IMG/VR virus record: IMGVR_UViG_3300028374_000002
Coordinates: 1 to 64,000 of that record
Source: a virus
Taxonomy: Duplodnaviria; Caudoviricetes
Length of the DNA: 64,000 nt
Strand: one strand, 5' to 3'
A program made the position numbers and the translations under genes. Shown here piece after piece: positions 50,464 to 60,343 of the stretch (position 1 is the stretch's first letter; every line of letters begins with the position of its first letter). The notes below the pieces were generated by a model. That model searched no databases. It was given only the letters and a program-made list of their open reading frames with translations, and was not told where the DNA came from.

Positions 50464-50949
50464 ATGAAAATTTTAATTACACCAGATGATATAATAAAAA
50501 GAGGGTGTTGGGATTCCTATGTATATTACATTATTGGTTCAGACAAGGATGCCCATAAATTATTAGAGGACAATGAAGAGATTGATATGTCCGAAAATGA
50601 TGCACTTGTCATCGGTCTTCTAAAAGTTATTGAGACTAACAATCTAATACACAAGTTTAATACATACATAACAGAGATACTTAGCAACAAGTCTTCAAAG
50701 CAAGAAAAAACACTAATGATCAGAAAGAAAACATTAGATTTTGCATTAGAAAAGTTTTTAAACAAATTTCCCGATTATTGGAACCCCAATGATTACTGGT
50801 TAGTACCATTAGGGGAACTCAGAGTTTATATAGATAACATGAAGGTTAAGATAGATAATCTTGAAATTCATACTATATCTGAAAGAAACTTTGTGAGCGA
50901 ATTCTATACAACTAATAACGTTAAAAAGCTTCTAAAATTTAATTACTAA
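50464..50949 (+). CDS. Hypothetical protein
   Basis: ORF. Confidence 0.75.
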   Translation: MKILITPDDIIKRGCWDSYVYYIIGSDKDAHKLLEDNEEIDMSENDALVIGLLKVIETNNLIHKFNTYITEILSNKSSKQEKTLMIRKKTLDFALEKFLNKFPDYWNPNDYWLVPLGELRVYIDNMKVKIDNLEIHTISERNFVSEFYTTNNVKKLLKFNY

Positions 50950-50950
50950 T

Positions 50951-51865
50951 ATGGAAAATGAAAAGAGTGTGATAATAATAGGTTCTGGACCAGCAGGATA
51001 TACTGCTGCATTGTATGCAGCAAGAGCTGGTTTAAAACCACTAATGATAACTGGGCAGAAAATAGGAGGGCAATTAACTGATACAAATGATGTTGAAAAC
51101 TTCCCAGGATATAGAGAGCCAGTAACTGGTCCAAAAATGATGGAAGATTTTAGATATCAAGCAGAAAAGTTTGGCACTGAAATCATAGAATCCTATATTG
51201 AATATGTTGACACTTCACAATATCCCTACGTTATAAAAGACCATAGAGGTACAGCATATAAAGCTAAGTCAATAATAATATCAACTGGTGCAGAAACCAA
51301 ATGGTTAGGTATTGAATCCGAGACTAAATATAGAGGAATGGGTGTCTCATCATGTGCAACATGTGATGGGTTCTTTTATAAAGACCTTACAGTTATCGTG
51401 ATTGGAGGCGGAGATACCGCTGCCGAGGAAGCCCTTTATCTTTCTAACATATGCAAGTCTGTGATAGTTTTAGTTAGAGGGAATGATATGAAGGCATCCA
51501 AAATAATGCAAAATCGTTTGTTTGATAATGACAAGATAATAGTTCATTTTAATACACATATTGAAGAAATATTAGGTGAGGAAAATAAGGGTGTTACTGG
51601 TGTAAGGATAGGTTCAGGAGATGTGCTTCAGTGTGATGGTGTCTTTGTTGCCATTGGACATAATCCAAGCACAGAAATATTCAAAAATATAATTGATTTA
51701 GACGATGATGGATACATAATAACTAAGCCTAAAAGTACCGAAACTAGTATAGATGGTGTATTTGCATGCGGTGATGTACAAGACAAAAAATATAGACAAG
51801 CTATAACAGCCGCAGGTACTGGATGTATGGCGGCATTAGATGCAGAAAAGTACCTATCAAAATAA
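50951..51865 (+). CDS. trxB: Thioredoxin-disulfide reductase
   Basis: IIGSGPAG, CATCDG, GGGDTA, FACGDV..YRQAITAAG. Confidence 0.97.
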   Translation: MENEKSVIIIGSGPAGYTAALYAARAGLKPLMITGQKIGGQLTDTNDVENFPGYREPVTGPKMMEDFRYQAEKFGTEIIESYIEYVDTSQYPYVIKDHRGTAYKAKSIIISTGAETKWLGIESETKYRGMGVSSCATCDGFFYKDLTVIVIGGGDTAAEEALYLSNICKSVIVLVRGNDMKASKIMQNRLFDNDKIIVHFNTHIEEILGEENKGVTGVRIGSGDVLQCDGVFVAIGHNPSTEIFKNIIDLDDDGYIITKPKSTETSIDGVFACGDVQDKKYRQAITAAGTGCMAALDAEKYLSK

Positions 51866-51881
51866 ATAAAAATAATAAACT

Positions 51882-52406
51882 ATGGAAGATATAACTAAAT
51901 TTTTAAGGGATCGGGGAGTCATAGATGATAACTCAATAAAATTAACTATCATAAAAGATGATGGTGGAGAAATTAACCTTAATGAACTCATAGAGGAATA
52001 CTCTTCTTCTTATAATGAAAAATATATTAGGACACTTGCAGAACTAGAAAATTTCAAAAAACGTGTTAGTAAACAGAAAGAACAACTTAAAAAAGAAGTT
52101 CAATTAAAAACTCTTGAATCTGTTCTTGATATACATAATGAACTATCTATTGCAGTTGAAAAGACTATAAGCGAAGAGGCTAGAAGAAACTTCCAATCAA
52201 TGTTAAAAAAACTTGATAATTCCTTTAAAAGTATAGGTCTTGAAAAGGTTAAGAATAAGCAATATGATGTTGATATACATGAGGTTATAAGTATTGTTGA
52301 TTGTGAAAAGCATGGCATATATGAAGTTGTATCAAATGGTTATATAATGAATGATGAGATAATAAGATATCCTAAGATAATCTTGGGTAAATGTGATGGG
52401 GAATAA
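51882..52406 (+). CDS. grpE: Nucleotide exchange factor GrpE
   Basis: RTLAELENFKKR, YDVDIHEVI, GYIMNDEIIRYPKI. Confidence 0.88.
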   Translation: MEDITKFLRDRGVIDDNSIKLTIIKDDGGEINLNELIEEYSSSYNEKYIRTLAELENFKKRVSKQKEQLKKEVQLKTLESVLDIHNELSIAVEKTISEEARRNFQSMLKKLDNSFKSIGLEKVKNKQYDVDIHEVISIVDCEKHGIYEVVSNGYIMNDEIIRYPKIILGKCDGE

Positions 52407-52409
52407 ATT

Positions 52410-52925
52410 ATGGAAGATTTAGATAAAAGTCAAATGAAAAGGCAAATTATAATAGATTCTTTGTGTACAGGTATTGTAAATACCTCTGACTTCATAGACG
52501 ATATAAACTACTTAATAGATAAAAGGATGTGTGACTTATCTGACGTTTTATATAATATTAGTATATACGATGGTGAAGATGATAAAATCATAGATCTTAT
52601 ATTACCCACATATAGAAAGGTGTGGTCTTCTGTTTATATAAACATTCCAACATATTTCGAATATACATCTAGAGATAGAGATGAAACATTAAAGCTATAT
52701 CAAATAATGTTTAATGCTGATGATTTCTTTGATCATTTTATAGAAGTCATAGATAAGACTAGAGGATCTTTTGAAAGATTTGATTATATAGATAAGACGG
52801 TTACTCATGTTAGTGTTATAGCGGATGATTATATATGCTACTTGATAGATCGTGTCTTAAATTGCAAAGATGTAAAAATGGAGATTAGAAATGCAAAATT
52901 GAAACAAATAAACAGAAGTAAGTAA
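52410..52925 (+). CDS. Hypothetical protein with C-terminal tail
   Basis: Ends IRNAKLKQINRSK. Confidence 0.7.
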   Translation: MEDLDKSQMKRQIIIDSLCTGIVNTSDFIDDINYLIDKRMCDLSDVLYNISIYDGEDDKIIDLILPTYRKVWSSVYINIPTYFEYTSRDRDETLKLYQIMFNADDFFDHFIEVIDKTRGSFERFDYIDKTVTHVSVIADDYICYLIDRVLNCKDVKMEIRNAKLKQINRSK

Positions 52926-52930
52926 CAAGC

Positions 52931-53257
52931 ATGAGCAAACTAAAAAATTGGAAGCTTAAATCAACTAATATTTCTATTAATGATACTACTAGGAAACGTT
53001 GTGAAACTAATGCTGAAATATACATGAATAAGTTTAAAATAATATTTGAAAACTTATTCGAATCGTCTTATTATTGTGGTGGTAATGTACCTACAAAACA
53101 AGAAGTAGAATCCCATTTAAACTCACTTGGATTTAAACTAACTATAAAAAAAGATGGAACTATGGTTTTGAAGTATAGTAGATACTTTGACATAGTACTT
53201 GATAGCAATACAAATTCAATAATAAGAGCAATTAAATTAAAAAATATTTTAAAATGA
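52931..53257 (+). CDS. Hypothetical protein with C-terminal tail
   Basis: Ends IRAIKLKNILK. Confidence 0.7.
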   Translation: MSKLKNWKLKSTNISINDTTRKRCETNAEIYMNKFKIIFENLFESSYYCGGNVPTKQEVESHLNSLGFKLTIKKDGTMVLKYSRYFDIVLDSNTNSIIRAIKLKNILK

Positions 53258-54315
53258 AAGATAACTATTACGAAACACTAGGAATTGACAAAAACGCAAG
53301 TCAAGATGAAATAAAGAAAGCATATAGAAAGATGGCTTTAAAATATCATCCTGATAAAAACCCAGATGATATAGAAGCAGAGGGGAATTTCAAAAAAGCA
53401 GCTGAGGCTTATGATACACTAAAGGATGAATCTAAAAGAAATAATTATGACAGATTTGGAACTAGTGGAAACTCTAATACTGGTCAAAGTTCCAGCCAAG
53501 GCCATGGATTTGGTTTTGAAGACATATTCAATCAATTCGGTGATGTTTTTGGGAATTATTCAAAACAAAGATATAACAATTCTACACAACCTAAAAAGAA
53601 AGGTTCTAATCTTAGACTAAAGGTCAGTTTAACAATAGAAGATATACTAAATGGTGTGAATAAAACATTAAAGTATAATAGAAGGAAACATTGTAACACT
53701 TGTTCTGGTAAAGGTGGTAATGAAAGTTCTTCTTGTAATAAATGTAGTGGTAGTGGATATAAAATAATCATACAAGAAACACCATTTGGTAGTATGAGGC
53801 AACAAGTAATATGTTCTGAATGTGATGGAGATGGTACTCAAATAAAAAACAAGTGTAAAGACTGTGGTGGTCTAGGTACTAAAGAAGAATCAGAAAAACT
53901 AGATGTTGACATACCAGCAGGTGTTACATCTGGTATGAAGATAGGTATGAGTGGGTACGGCAACTATGCTAAGAATGGTATAGCGGGGGATTTACATATT
54001 TTTATTGATGAAATAAAAGAAGATTATTTCACCAGGGATAACAATAATATACTTATAAACAAAGAGATAAATGTAATAGATGCTATACTAGGTAATGAAG
54101 TTGAGGTAAAAACACCAAGAGGCACAATTAAATTAAATATAAACCCAGGTACTAAAGATGGACACGTGGCTAGATTCTCTGGTAAAGGAATACCTGATGT
54201 GAACTATGGTATGGGAAATATGTATGTTAGTATAAAAATAAGAATTCCAGCTGATATAAACGGAGAAGAAAGAAAAGTTTTAGAGAAACTAAAAGGCTCT
54301 GTTAATTTTAAATAA
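53254..54315 (+). CDS. dnaJ: Chaperone DnaJ
   Basis: J domain with HPD, G/F region, four CxxCxGxG repeats. Confidence 0.97.
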   Translation: MKDNYYETLGIDKNASQDEIKKAYRKMALKYHPDKNPDDIEAEGNFKKAAEAYDTLKDESKRNNYDRFGTSGNSNTGQSSSQGHGFGFEDIFNQFGDVFGNYSKQRYNNSTQPKKKGSNLRLKVSLTIEDILNGVNKTLKYNRRKHCNTCSGKGGNESSSCNKCSGSGYKIIIQETPFGSMRQQVICSECDGDGTQIKNKCKDCGGLGTKEESEKLDVDIPAGVTSGMKIGMSGYGNYAKNGIAGDLHIFIDEIKEDYFTRDNNNILINKEINVIDAILGNEVEVKTPRGTIKLNINPGTKDGHVARFSGKGIPDVNYGMGNMYVSIKIRIPADINGEERKVLEKLKGSVNFK

Positions 54316-54517
54316 TTAAACATCACCTATATCGTTCATATATGAGAAAAGAAGTATAAGACAACTTGAAAATATACAAGCTATCGAAATATTGGTAATT
54401 ACGTTATAACCATTCACAGAGTTACTAGAAATGATAAACCACATAATAGATATGGTGATGAATGTTCTTCTGTATTTTGCTATTCTTTTCATAGGATGGT
54501 AAATATACTAAAACTAA

Positions 54518-55153
54518 TTATATAATTGACACTTTAGCCTTTCTTTCGTTTAAAAGTATTTGTAATTCATCTTTTCTAAATGTTTTTAGATAAATATCGT
54601 TCATAGCATCTGTGTTTTGTAAATCCCATTCACTACCATTTGATGTTTGGTATATATATCTCTCATCACCATCAATAATCTCGATACTTCTAGATGTTAA
54701 CTTTTCATAAAACTTTTTAACATCATCATTTACTTTATACATCTTAGCATCTTCCCATCTATCCAAAGAAGAATTCCATGTTTGGAATAACATATAGTCT
54801 GGGTTTTCTAATTCATTAGCATTCATGTCATATATGAACATAAATTTACAGGCTTTATTTAAAAATGTTTGAAAATCATCACTATTCTTAACATCAGACT
54901 TCTTAAGTCCTATGCTAGACAAAGAATTTATAAATTCTATATTATCCGATAGAAATTCAATATCTAAATTATCAACATACACATCTGTTGGTAGGTCTAG
55001 TGTAGTAAATATGTTAACTTCTTCTGCATTTATAGAACTTATTAATGAATCATGCCATATATTTAGTGATTCCATTAAATCATCAAAATGTTCATATTCA
55101 AAATTGAATTGAATTGATTCTTTATAGCTATTGTAGTCCTTGATATATCTCAT
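54518..55153 (-). CDS. Hypothetical protein with CTS-like leader (MRYIKDYNSYKES)
   Basis: ORF; TAATATATA at 55175-55183. Confidence 0.8.
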   Translation of the reverse strand: MRYIKDYNSYKESIQFNFEYEHFDDLMESLNIWHDSLISSINAEEVNIFTTLDLPTDVYVDNLDIEFLSDNIEFINSLSSIGLKKSDVKNSDDFQTFLNKACKFMFIYDMNANELENPDYMLFQTWNSSLDRWEDAKMYKVNDDVKKFYEKLTSRSIEIIDGDERYIYQTSNGSEWDLQNTDAMNDIYLKTFRKDELQILLNERKAKVSII

Positions 55154-55239
55154 ATGTATAATTGGTTGTAAAGATATATATTAATTTTTAAAAACAACAA
55201 TGGTATTTTAATATATAAAGAAAACATATTTATAATTAG

Positions 55240-56607
55240 ATGAAATGGATTAGAAATTACGAGATATTCAAAGAGAGTAAATCATATTCAAATAAAAATT
55301 TAGTTAAAGAAATATGTACTTCAATGGTACTTCTTAACAATACGTTTTTAGATGATTTACTAGACAAAGGTATAAAGGCTAGATATTCGTCAAATTCTGA
55401 TGTATTCCTAACTGATTTAAAAAATCTATTAATTACTAAGAATAGATTAGAGTTAGGTAAGTACATTGATGGTAAATGTCAAAAAGATGATGAAATATCC
55501 AAAGTAATCGAACATTTTGAAGGTGTTAAGTTTGATATAGAGAAAGACTGGAAGTTGTTAGTAGATTCAAGAACTACTGCTAGAAGTATTATTGATAAAC
55601 TTTTAGCAGAGGAAAAGCTAGAAGAGAGTAGAATAAAGAAAGTATATTGGTTAGGACCAAACAAGACAGATGAATATGGTGAAGATATCGTTGTTGAGTT
55701 AAATGATGGTAGACAATTCTCTTTCTTCCTTGATAAAAGCTTATCAAAAACAAAAACAGCATCATTTAATAAGCTATCAGAAGAATTAATAGGTAATGAT
55801 TTAGATAATCTATTCAAGGGTGATTATCTTGAAAAATGGTCAATGCTAACACAAGAATGGATTACACTAATTTATGAGAATGTAAATAAAAATATACAAT
55901 CTCATATTGAAAAATTCATAGACACAAAAAATATTGATAAAATAGGATATTTTGATTTCTTTTCGATAAGACACAATGATTCTAGATATAGACACCTTGG
56001 GGAATATATGAAAGAGTTTGATAGAAACATACTTAATCTTTCTGATTTATTAATAGAAGTTTGGAAGGATAAGAAAATGTTTTTTAAAGATGAAGAATTA
56101 GTAACTAAAAAGTGGAATGAGACAAAAGTTGTTTTGCTCAACTCTAAAATACTAGAAAAGTTATTTACTGATTCTTTCAAAGAAAACTATCTAGATGACA
56201 TCGATAAACTAGATAATAATTTCAAACTAGCAACTGGTGAACTGAAAATGAAGTTATTTAAAATAATTGTTGAAAAATTAGGTTGCGAAGAAAGAAATAT
56301 TTATTACTTAGATAAGGGTAAATCATTCGAGATGATACCTTCTAGACAATTCTTTAGAAGATATTTTGATGATTTAGATATAATGTTTGACTATCACGTA
56401 GATTTTACAACTGATTCTGAAGATGATAATAATTTTGGGATTGTTATAAGAGTCGAAATGGATACTGATAAATTATTAGATTTAGACATTGATATAAAGT
56501 TTGCTGGTGGTGAGATGTCTGGTAAATTGAATGCTAAGTATAGTTTTGATATTTCTAAAAATTTTAACTATTTAGTATCTAAAAAGCAAACGTTTAAAGA
56601 ACAATAA
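55240..56607 (+). CDS. Hypothetical protein with CTS-like leader (MKWIRNYEIFKES)
   Basis: ORF; TAATATATA at 55209. Confidence 0.8.
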   Translation: MKWIRNYEIFKESKSYSNKNLVKEICTSMVLLNNTFLDDLLDKGIKARYSSNSDVFLTDLKNLLITKNRLELGKYIDGKCQKDDEISKVIEHFEGVKFDIEKDWKLLVDSRTTARSIIDKLLAEEKLEESRIKKVYWLGPNKTDEYGEDIVVELNDGRQFSFFLDKSLSKTKTASFNKLSEELIGNDLDNLFKGDYLEKWSMLTQEWITLIYENVNKNIQSHIEKFIDTKNIDKIGYFDFFSIRHNDSRYRHLGEYMKEFDRNILNLSDLLIEVWKDKKMFFKDEELVTKKWNETKVVLLNSKILEKLFTDSFKENYLDDIDKLDNNFKLATGELKMKLFKIIVEKLGCEERNIYYLDKGKSFEMIPSRQFFRRYFDDLDIMFDYHVDFTTDSEDDNNFGIVIRVEMDTDKLLDLDIDIKFAGGEMSGKLNAKYSFDISKNFNYLVSKKQTFKEQ

Positions 56608-56611
56608 CTAA

Positions 56612-56995
56612 TTACTGCTCTTGTGAAAACATTTCTATGAATTCTTCATCAAAGTCACCATTATCATCAAAAACTGGGACTTCGTCATAACCTATTTCAC
56701 ACATAAATGGAAAACTTGACTTAGAGTTGTATGTGGTTTTCATAATGACATCCTCTCCATTTACAGTAATATGGTAATTTGATACATAAAGACCATCACT
56801 ACCTAAATCTATTTCAAAAGGCTCACCACTTTCTTCTATGATTATACTTATACCTTCTGGTAATTGATGGTCTAATATTTTAAGAGCTAGGACACCCATA
56901 CATTTAAGTAATTTACTTTCATTAAAGAAATCTCTAGGTATTACTCTTTTGTAGTCACTATTATACGATTCGAATGTTTTTATGTTTTTTTCCAT
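56612..56995 (-). CDS. Hypothetical protein with CTS-like leader (MEKNIKTFESY)
   Basis: ORF; TAATATATA 4 nt upstream. Confidence 0.8.
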   Translation of the reverse strand: MEKNIKTFESYNSDYKRVIPRDFFNESKLLKCMGVLALKILDHQLPEGISIIIEESGEPFEIDLGSDGLYVSNYHITVNGEDVIMKTTYNSKSSFPFMCEIGYDEVPVFDDNGDFDEEFIEMFSQEQ

Positions 56996-57005
56996 ATGAT
57001 ATATA

Positions 57006-58298
57006 TTAAATTCTTATAGTAATATTGTTAGAACCATCTGTTCTTGTATATCTAGTATTCTCTGAAAATATCACATTATAAGTTGATCTTAAACCATCTA
57101 ATTCTTCTTCTGATAGACCGATTATCTTCTCCCCATTTGGTAGCTCAACATCAAAGACAACTATATCCTCATTTACATTCTCTTCAAAGTCACCAGATAT
57201 ACCAGTTAAATCTTTAACATTAACTACCACATTATCTAAATTATCTAATTCTTTAAGTAATTCATCTATACTAACTTTTCTCTTAACCTCTCCTAGTGTT
57301 GCTTCTATCTTAGTCTGGTCTATATATTTACCAGTTTTAACAACTTCCCAATCTTCTAATATCCTCTCAACCTCATCTATATCATCCTCATCAACACGCA
57401 CAAAGTCATTATTGGGCAGATATTCCATAGAGCGTAATCTTCTAGCTATTGTTCTAGCCCTTCTACCTTCTTTGTCGCTAGAGGTACTATTTTTTATAGC
57501 TGATATAGCTCTTTTTATAAAATCCTCTATTGAAAGAAGTATAGACAATATAGAATTTTTTAAAATTCTATATAATTTACTTAGTATAGCTGATATAGTG
57601 TTTAGTGCGGCTTCTGAACAAAGAACATTGAGTACAGAAAAAAAGGGGAATATAGATAAAGCATCTAATGCCTTTGATTTTAATGACAAAAGTAGCATTA
57701 TTATATCTAATATCATAGTAATCATACCAGGCACATTAAATGCAAATGGTGCTAACATACCAACACCACCTGATATACTTGTTCCGATTGTAACAACTGC
57801 AAAAGCTATTTCTTTCACGAGTTCTACTACCTTTCTAACAAATTCCATTATTTTTTGTTTTATAGTTGCTTTAAGGCTTCTTGCTTTTTTATAGTATGGT
57901 GAATCTTCTGTAAGTGGATATTGTTTTTGTGTGTCTACTTGTTTTTTTATAGACTCATCAATAAGATTTTTTTTAAAAGGTGTATCACCCAATTCTGATA
58001 GATTAGTTAGTTGGTCTTCACTCTGTGATATTCCTTGTGAGGTAAGACCTAAACTTGGTCTAGAAGCTGTGTCTTGGGCTTCCTCGTCCGTAGCATCTGT
58101 GTTAGTTCCTAGATTTTTAAAACCATCTGTCATAAGTTCTATGTCTGCTGGTGGCATTGCGGGATTTTCGTCAGCTATAAGCTTTTTAACTATTTCTTTG
58201 TCATCTAATAAGAACTGGTTTATATCAAAACCAGGAATAGCTGAGCCTAGCTCCCCTTCTATTGAAGTTATATCTTGTAAAAGTTTATTATATGACAT
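57006..58298 (-). CDS. Hypothetical protein with central hydrophobic helices (start reassigned to MSYNK)
   Basis: ORF. Confidence 0.75.
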   Translation of the reverse strand: MSYNKLLQDITSIEGELGSAIPGFDINQFLLDDKEIVKKLIADENPAMPPADIELMTDGFKNLGTNTDATDEEAQDTASRPSLGLTSQGISQSEDQLTNLSELGDTPFKKNLIDESIKKQVDTQKQYPLTEDSPYYKKARSLKATIKQKIMEFVRKVVELVKEIAFAVVTIGTSISGGVGMLAPFAFNVPGMITMILDIIMLLLSLKSKALDALSIFPFFSVLNVLCSEAALNTISAILSKLYRILKNSILSILLSIEDFIKRAISAIKNSTSSDKEGRRARTIARRLRSMEYLPNNDFVRVDEDDIDEVERILEDWEVVKTGKYIDQTKIEATLGEVKRKVSIDELLKELDNLDNVVVNVKDLTGISGDFEENVNEDIVVFDVELPNGEKIIGLSEEELDGLRSTYNVIFSENTRYTRTDGSNNITIRI

Positions 58299-58370
58299 AC
58301 TGTATATATTTTTTATGTAACTTCTCCTAAACATTTTAATAAATATGTATATAACAATAAAATATTTATT

Positions 58371-58595
58371 ATGCCAAAAAGTAAAAATAGAAAAGAACAC
58401 AAATCAAAAGTTCATAAAAGAAATTCTAAAAAAGAGCAAGATAAGAAAGATGTAGAGAGACGTAGGGCAAATTACATAAACCAACTCATAGAAAAAGAGC
58501 AAGAAAATGGTGTGTTTGATAATGTAGAGCCTTATGATGAGATAGATAATGATAAAGAAAGTGATGGTGGTCAAGAACAGAAACCGTTAACTTAA
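58371..58595 (+). CDS. Small charged protein
   Basis: ORF. Confidence 0.65.
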   Translation: MPKSKNRKEHKSKVHKRNSKKEQDKKDVERRRANYINQLIEKEQENGVFDNVEPYDEIDNDKESDGGQEQKPLT

Positions 58596-58808
58596 TTTAG
58601 GTTTTACTTCTGCCTCTGTCTCTTGGAGTTCTTTTATATCTTCTTCAATATAGTGATTGCTTAATACAATATTCATTTCATGTCTTAGGTAATTTCTGAT
58701 TAAACTTATAGATTTAAAGTTAGAAGATGAAAGACAAGATGATGTAAGAAACCAATTTATTAAAAGAATATAATTAATATCCTTTATGTGCTTTATATCT
58801 TTATCCAT
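58587..58808 (-). CDS. Hypothetical protein (start reassigned to MDKDIK)
   Basis: ORF. Confidence 0.55.
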   Translation of the reverse strand: MDKDIKHIKDINYILLINWFLTSSCLSSSNFKSISLIRNYLRHEMNIVLSNHYIEEDIKELQETEAEVKPKLS

Positions 58809-58911
58809 TTGTGTTATAATTTTAACCTTATATATAAAAACTAAAAAATGAATTTTGACTTTTTTCACAGAATACCTAAACAAATCCAAATATATATATA
58901 TATACGTAAAT

Positions 58912-59238
58912 ATGATTAAAGATTTAAACGATAAGGAATTACTAGACTTTCTTATGAACTCAGACTACGAAGAAGATTTAAAACCAGAAGATTTAACTTA
59001 TTTACTCTTTAGGTTTAAATACTTCTATAGAATCTTACATGGTAGAATGGAAAACGCTAAGAGTGAGAAAGGTGCAGAACTTATGAACTTAAAAGATGAT
59101 TTAAAGTCAATAAGTAAAAAAATGATAGATGTTAAAACGGAACTAGCTGATAAAAAAAACTATATAGACCAATTTGAATCTAGAAAGCTAACACTTTCAG
59201 AGCGTTGGAAAGGTAAACTAAATATTAAAAATAGATGA
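58912..59238 (+). CDS. Hypothetical coiled-coil protein (start reassigned to MIKDLND)
   Basis: ORF. Confidence 0.7.
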   Translation: MIKDLNDKELLDFLMNSDYEEDLKPEDLTYLLFRFKYFYRILHGRMENAKSEKGAELMNLKDDLKSISKKMIDVKTELADKKNYIDQFESRKLTLSERWKGKLNIKNR

Positions 59239-60341
59239 AAGTAGAAAAATTTAAAGAATTAGATCAACAGATGAATAACTATAGTTTTAATACTAGTTAT
59301 AGCAACATAAACAAAATAATGAAGGGGTTGTCATACTTTGGTAATATGACATCAATATTCCTTGCTTATTTCTTTATGTCCGATATATTATCTGGGCCAA
59401 TTGGTGATAACCAAGCACTAGTTGTTGCAGCATCGTTAATTATATTAATAGGTGTGGAACTTCTAAAAAGAGATATATTTGACAAGTTTTCCATTCAATC
59501 CCTAAAGGATAATACAATAAAAAAGACTGCCTTACCATTGGCAATATTAAGTGTATTGCTTATATTTTTATCATTTTATTCATCCTTGAGTGGTGCTAAA
59601 AAGTTTTCATTAAAGTCTGATGAAATAGAAGTTAAGACGGTGAATAAACTAGATGTTTATAGAGATAGTTTAACTACTATCTATGATACTAAGATAGGTG
59701 TTATTGAGAATAGGAATAAAATATTGTTTAATCAAAACATAAAATTTGATGAAGAAGCAGCTGAACTACCAGGTAATTATATATCTGCTAAAGAAAATAT
59801 TAGAAGTAACAAAAAGGTAAACTTAGAACAGATTAGTATAAACAAAGAAGAGATAGACGAACTCAAAGAAGAGTTTAAGACTAGGGTAGATGCAAAAAGT
59901 AATTCACTGACTAACAAATCTTCTAAAGAAAAAGAAAAGAATTCAGATAACTCTTTCCTTTTTATCATATTGTCAACATTTATAGAACTTATTATATTAG
60001 GTGGTGTCTATTTCAACCAATACTATAGATTTAGGTCTTATAAAGAATTTAGAAAAAAGATAGAAAAAGATCCAAAATATCAGAAATGGTTATTATATGA
60101 TGAGATACTATCAAATATCGTGTCTAGTGAGACTAAGATGAATGAGAAATTACCATCTAACAAATCAATAATAGACACTTGTAAAGTAAATGATATAATC
60201 ATACTACCCAAGGATATAAAGGACTTTATGAAAGTGTTATTAGGTCTTGGTATAATAAAATCTAGTGGGAGTGCTAGGTATATTATAAAAGAAAGGGAAA
60301 TGGCTAAAGAAACATTAAGAAATCATTTTAATATAAAATAA
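59235..60341 (+). CDS. Multi-pass membrane protein with coiled coil
   Basis: Three N-terminal TM helices, coiled coil, fourth TM helix. Confidence 0.8.
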   Translation: MKVEKFKELDQQMNNYSFNTSYSNINKIMKGLSYFGNMTSIFLAYFFMSDILSGPIGDNQALVVAASLIILIGVELLKRDIFDKFSIQSLKDNTIKKTALPLAILSVLLIFLSFYSSLSGAKKFSLKSDEIEVKTVNKLDVYRDSLTTIYDTKIGVIENRNKILFNQNIKFDEEAAELPGNYISAKENIRSNKKVNLEQISINKEEIDELKEEFKTRVDAKSNSLTNKSSKEKEKNSDNSFLFIILSTFIELIILGGVYFNQYYRFRSYKEFRKKIEKDPKYQKWLLYDEILSNIVSSETKMNEKLPSNKSIIDTCKVNDIIILPKDIKDFMKVLLGLGIIKSSGSARYIIKEREMAKETLRNHFNIK

Positions 60342-60343
60342 TT

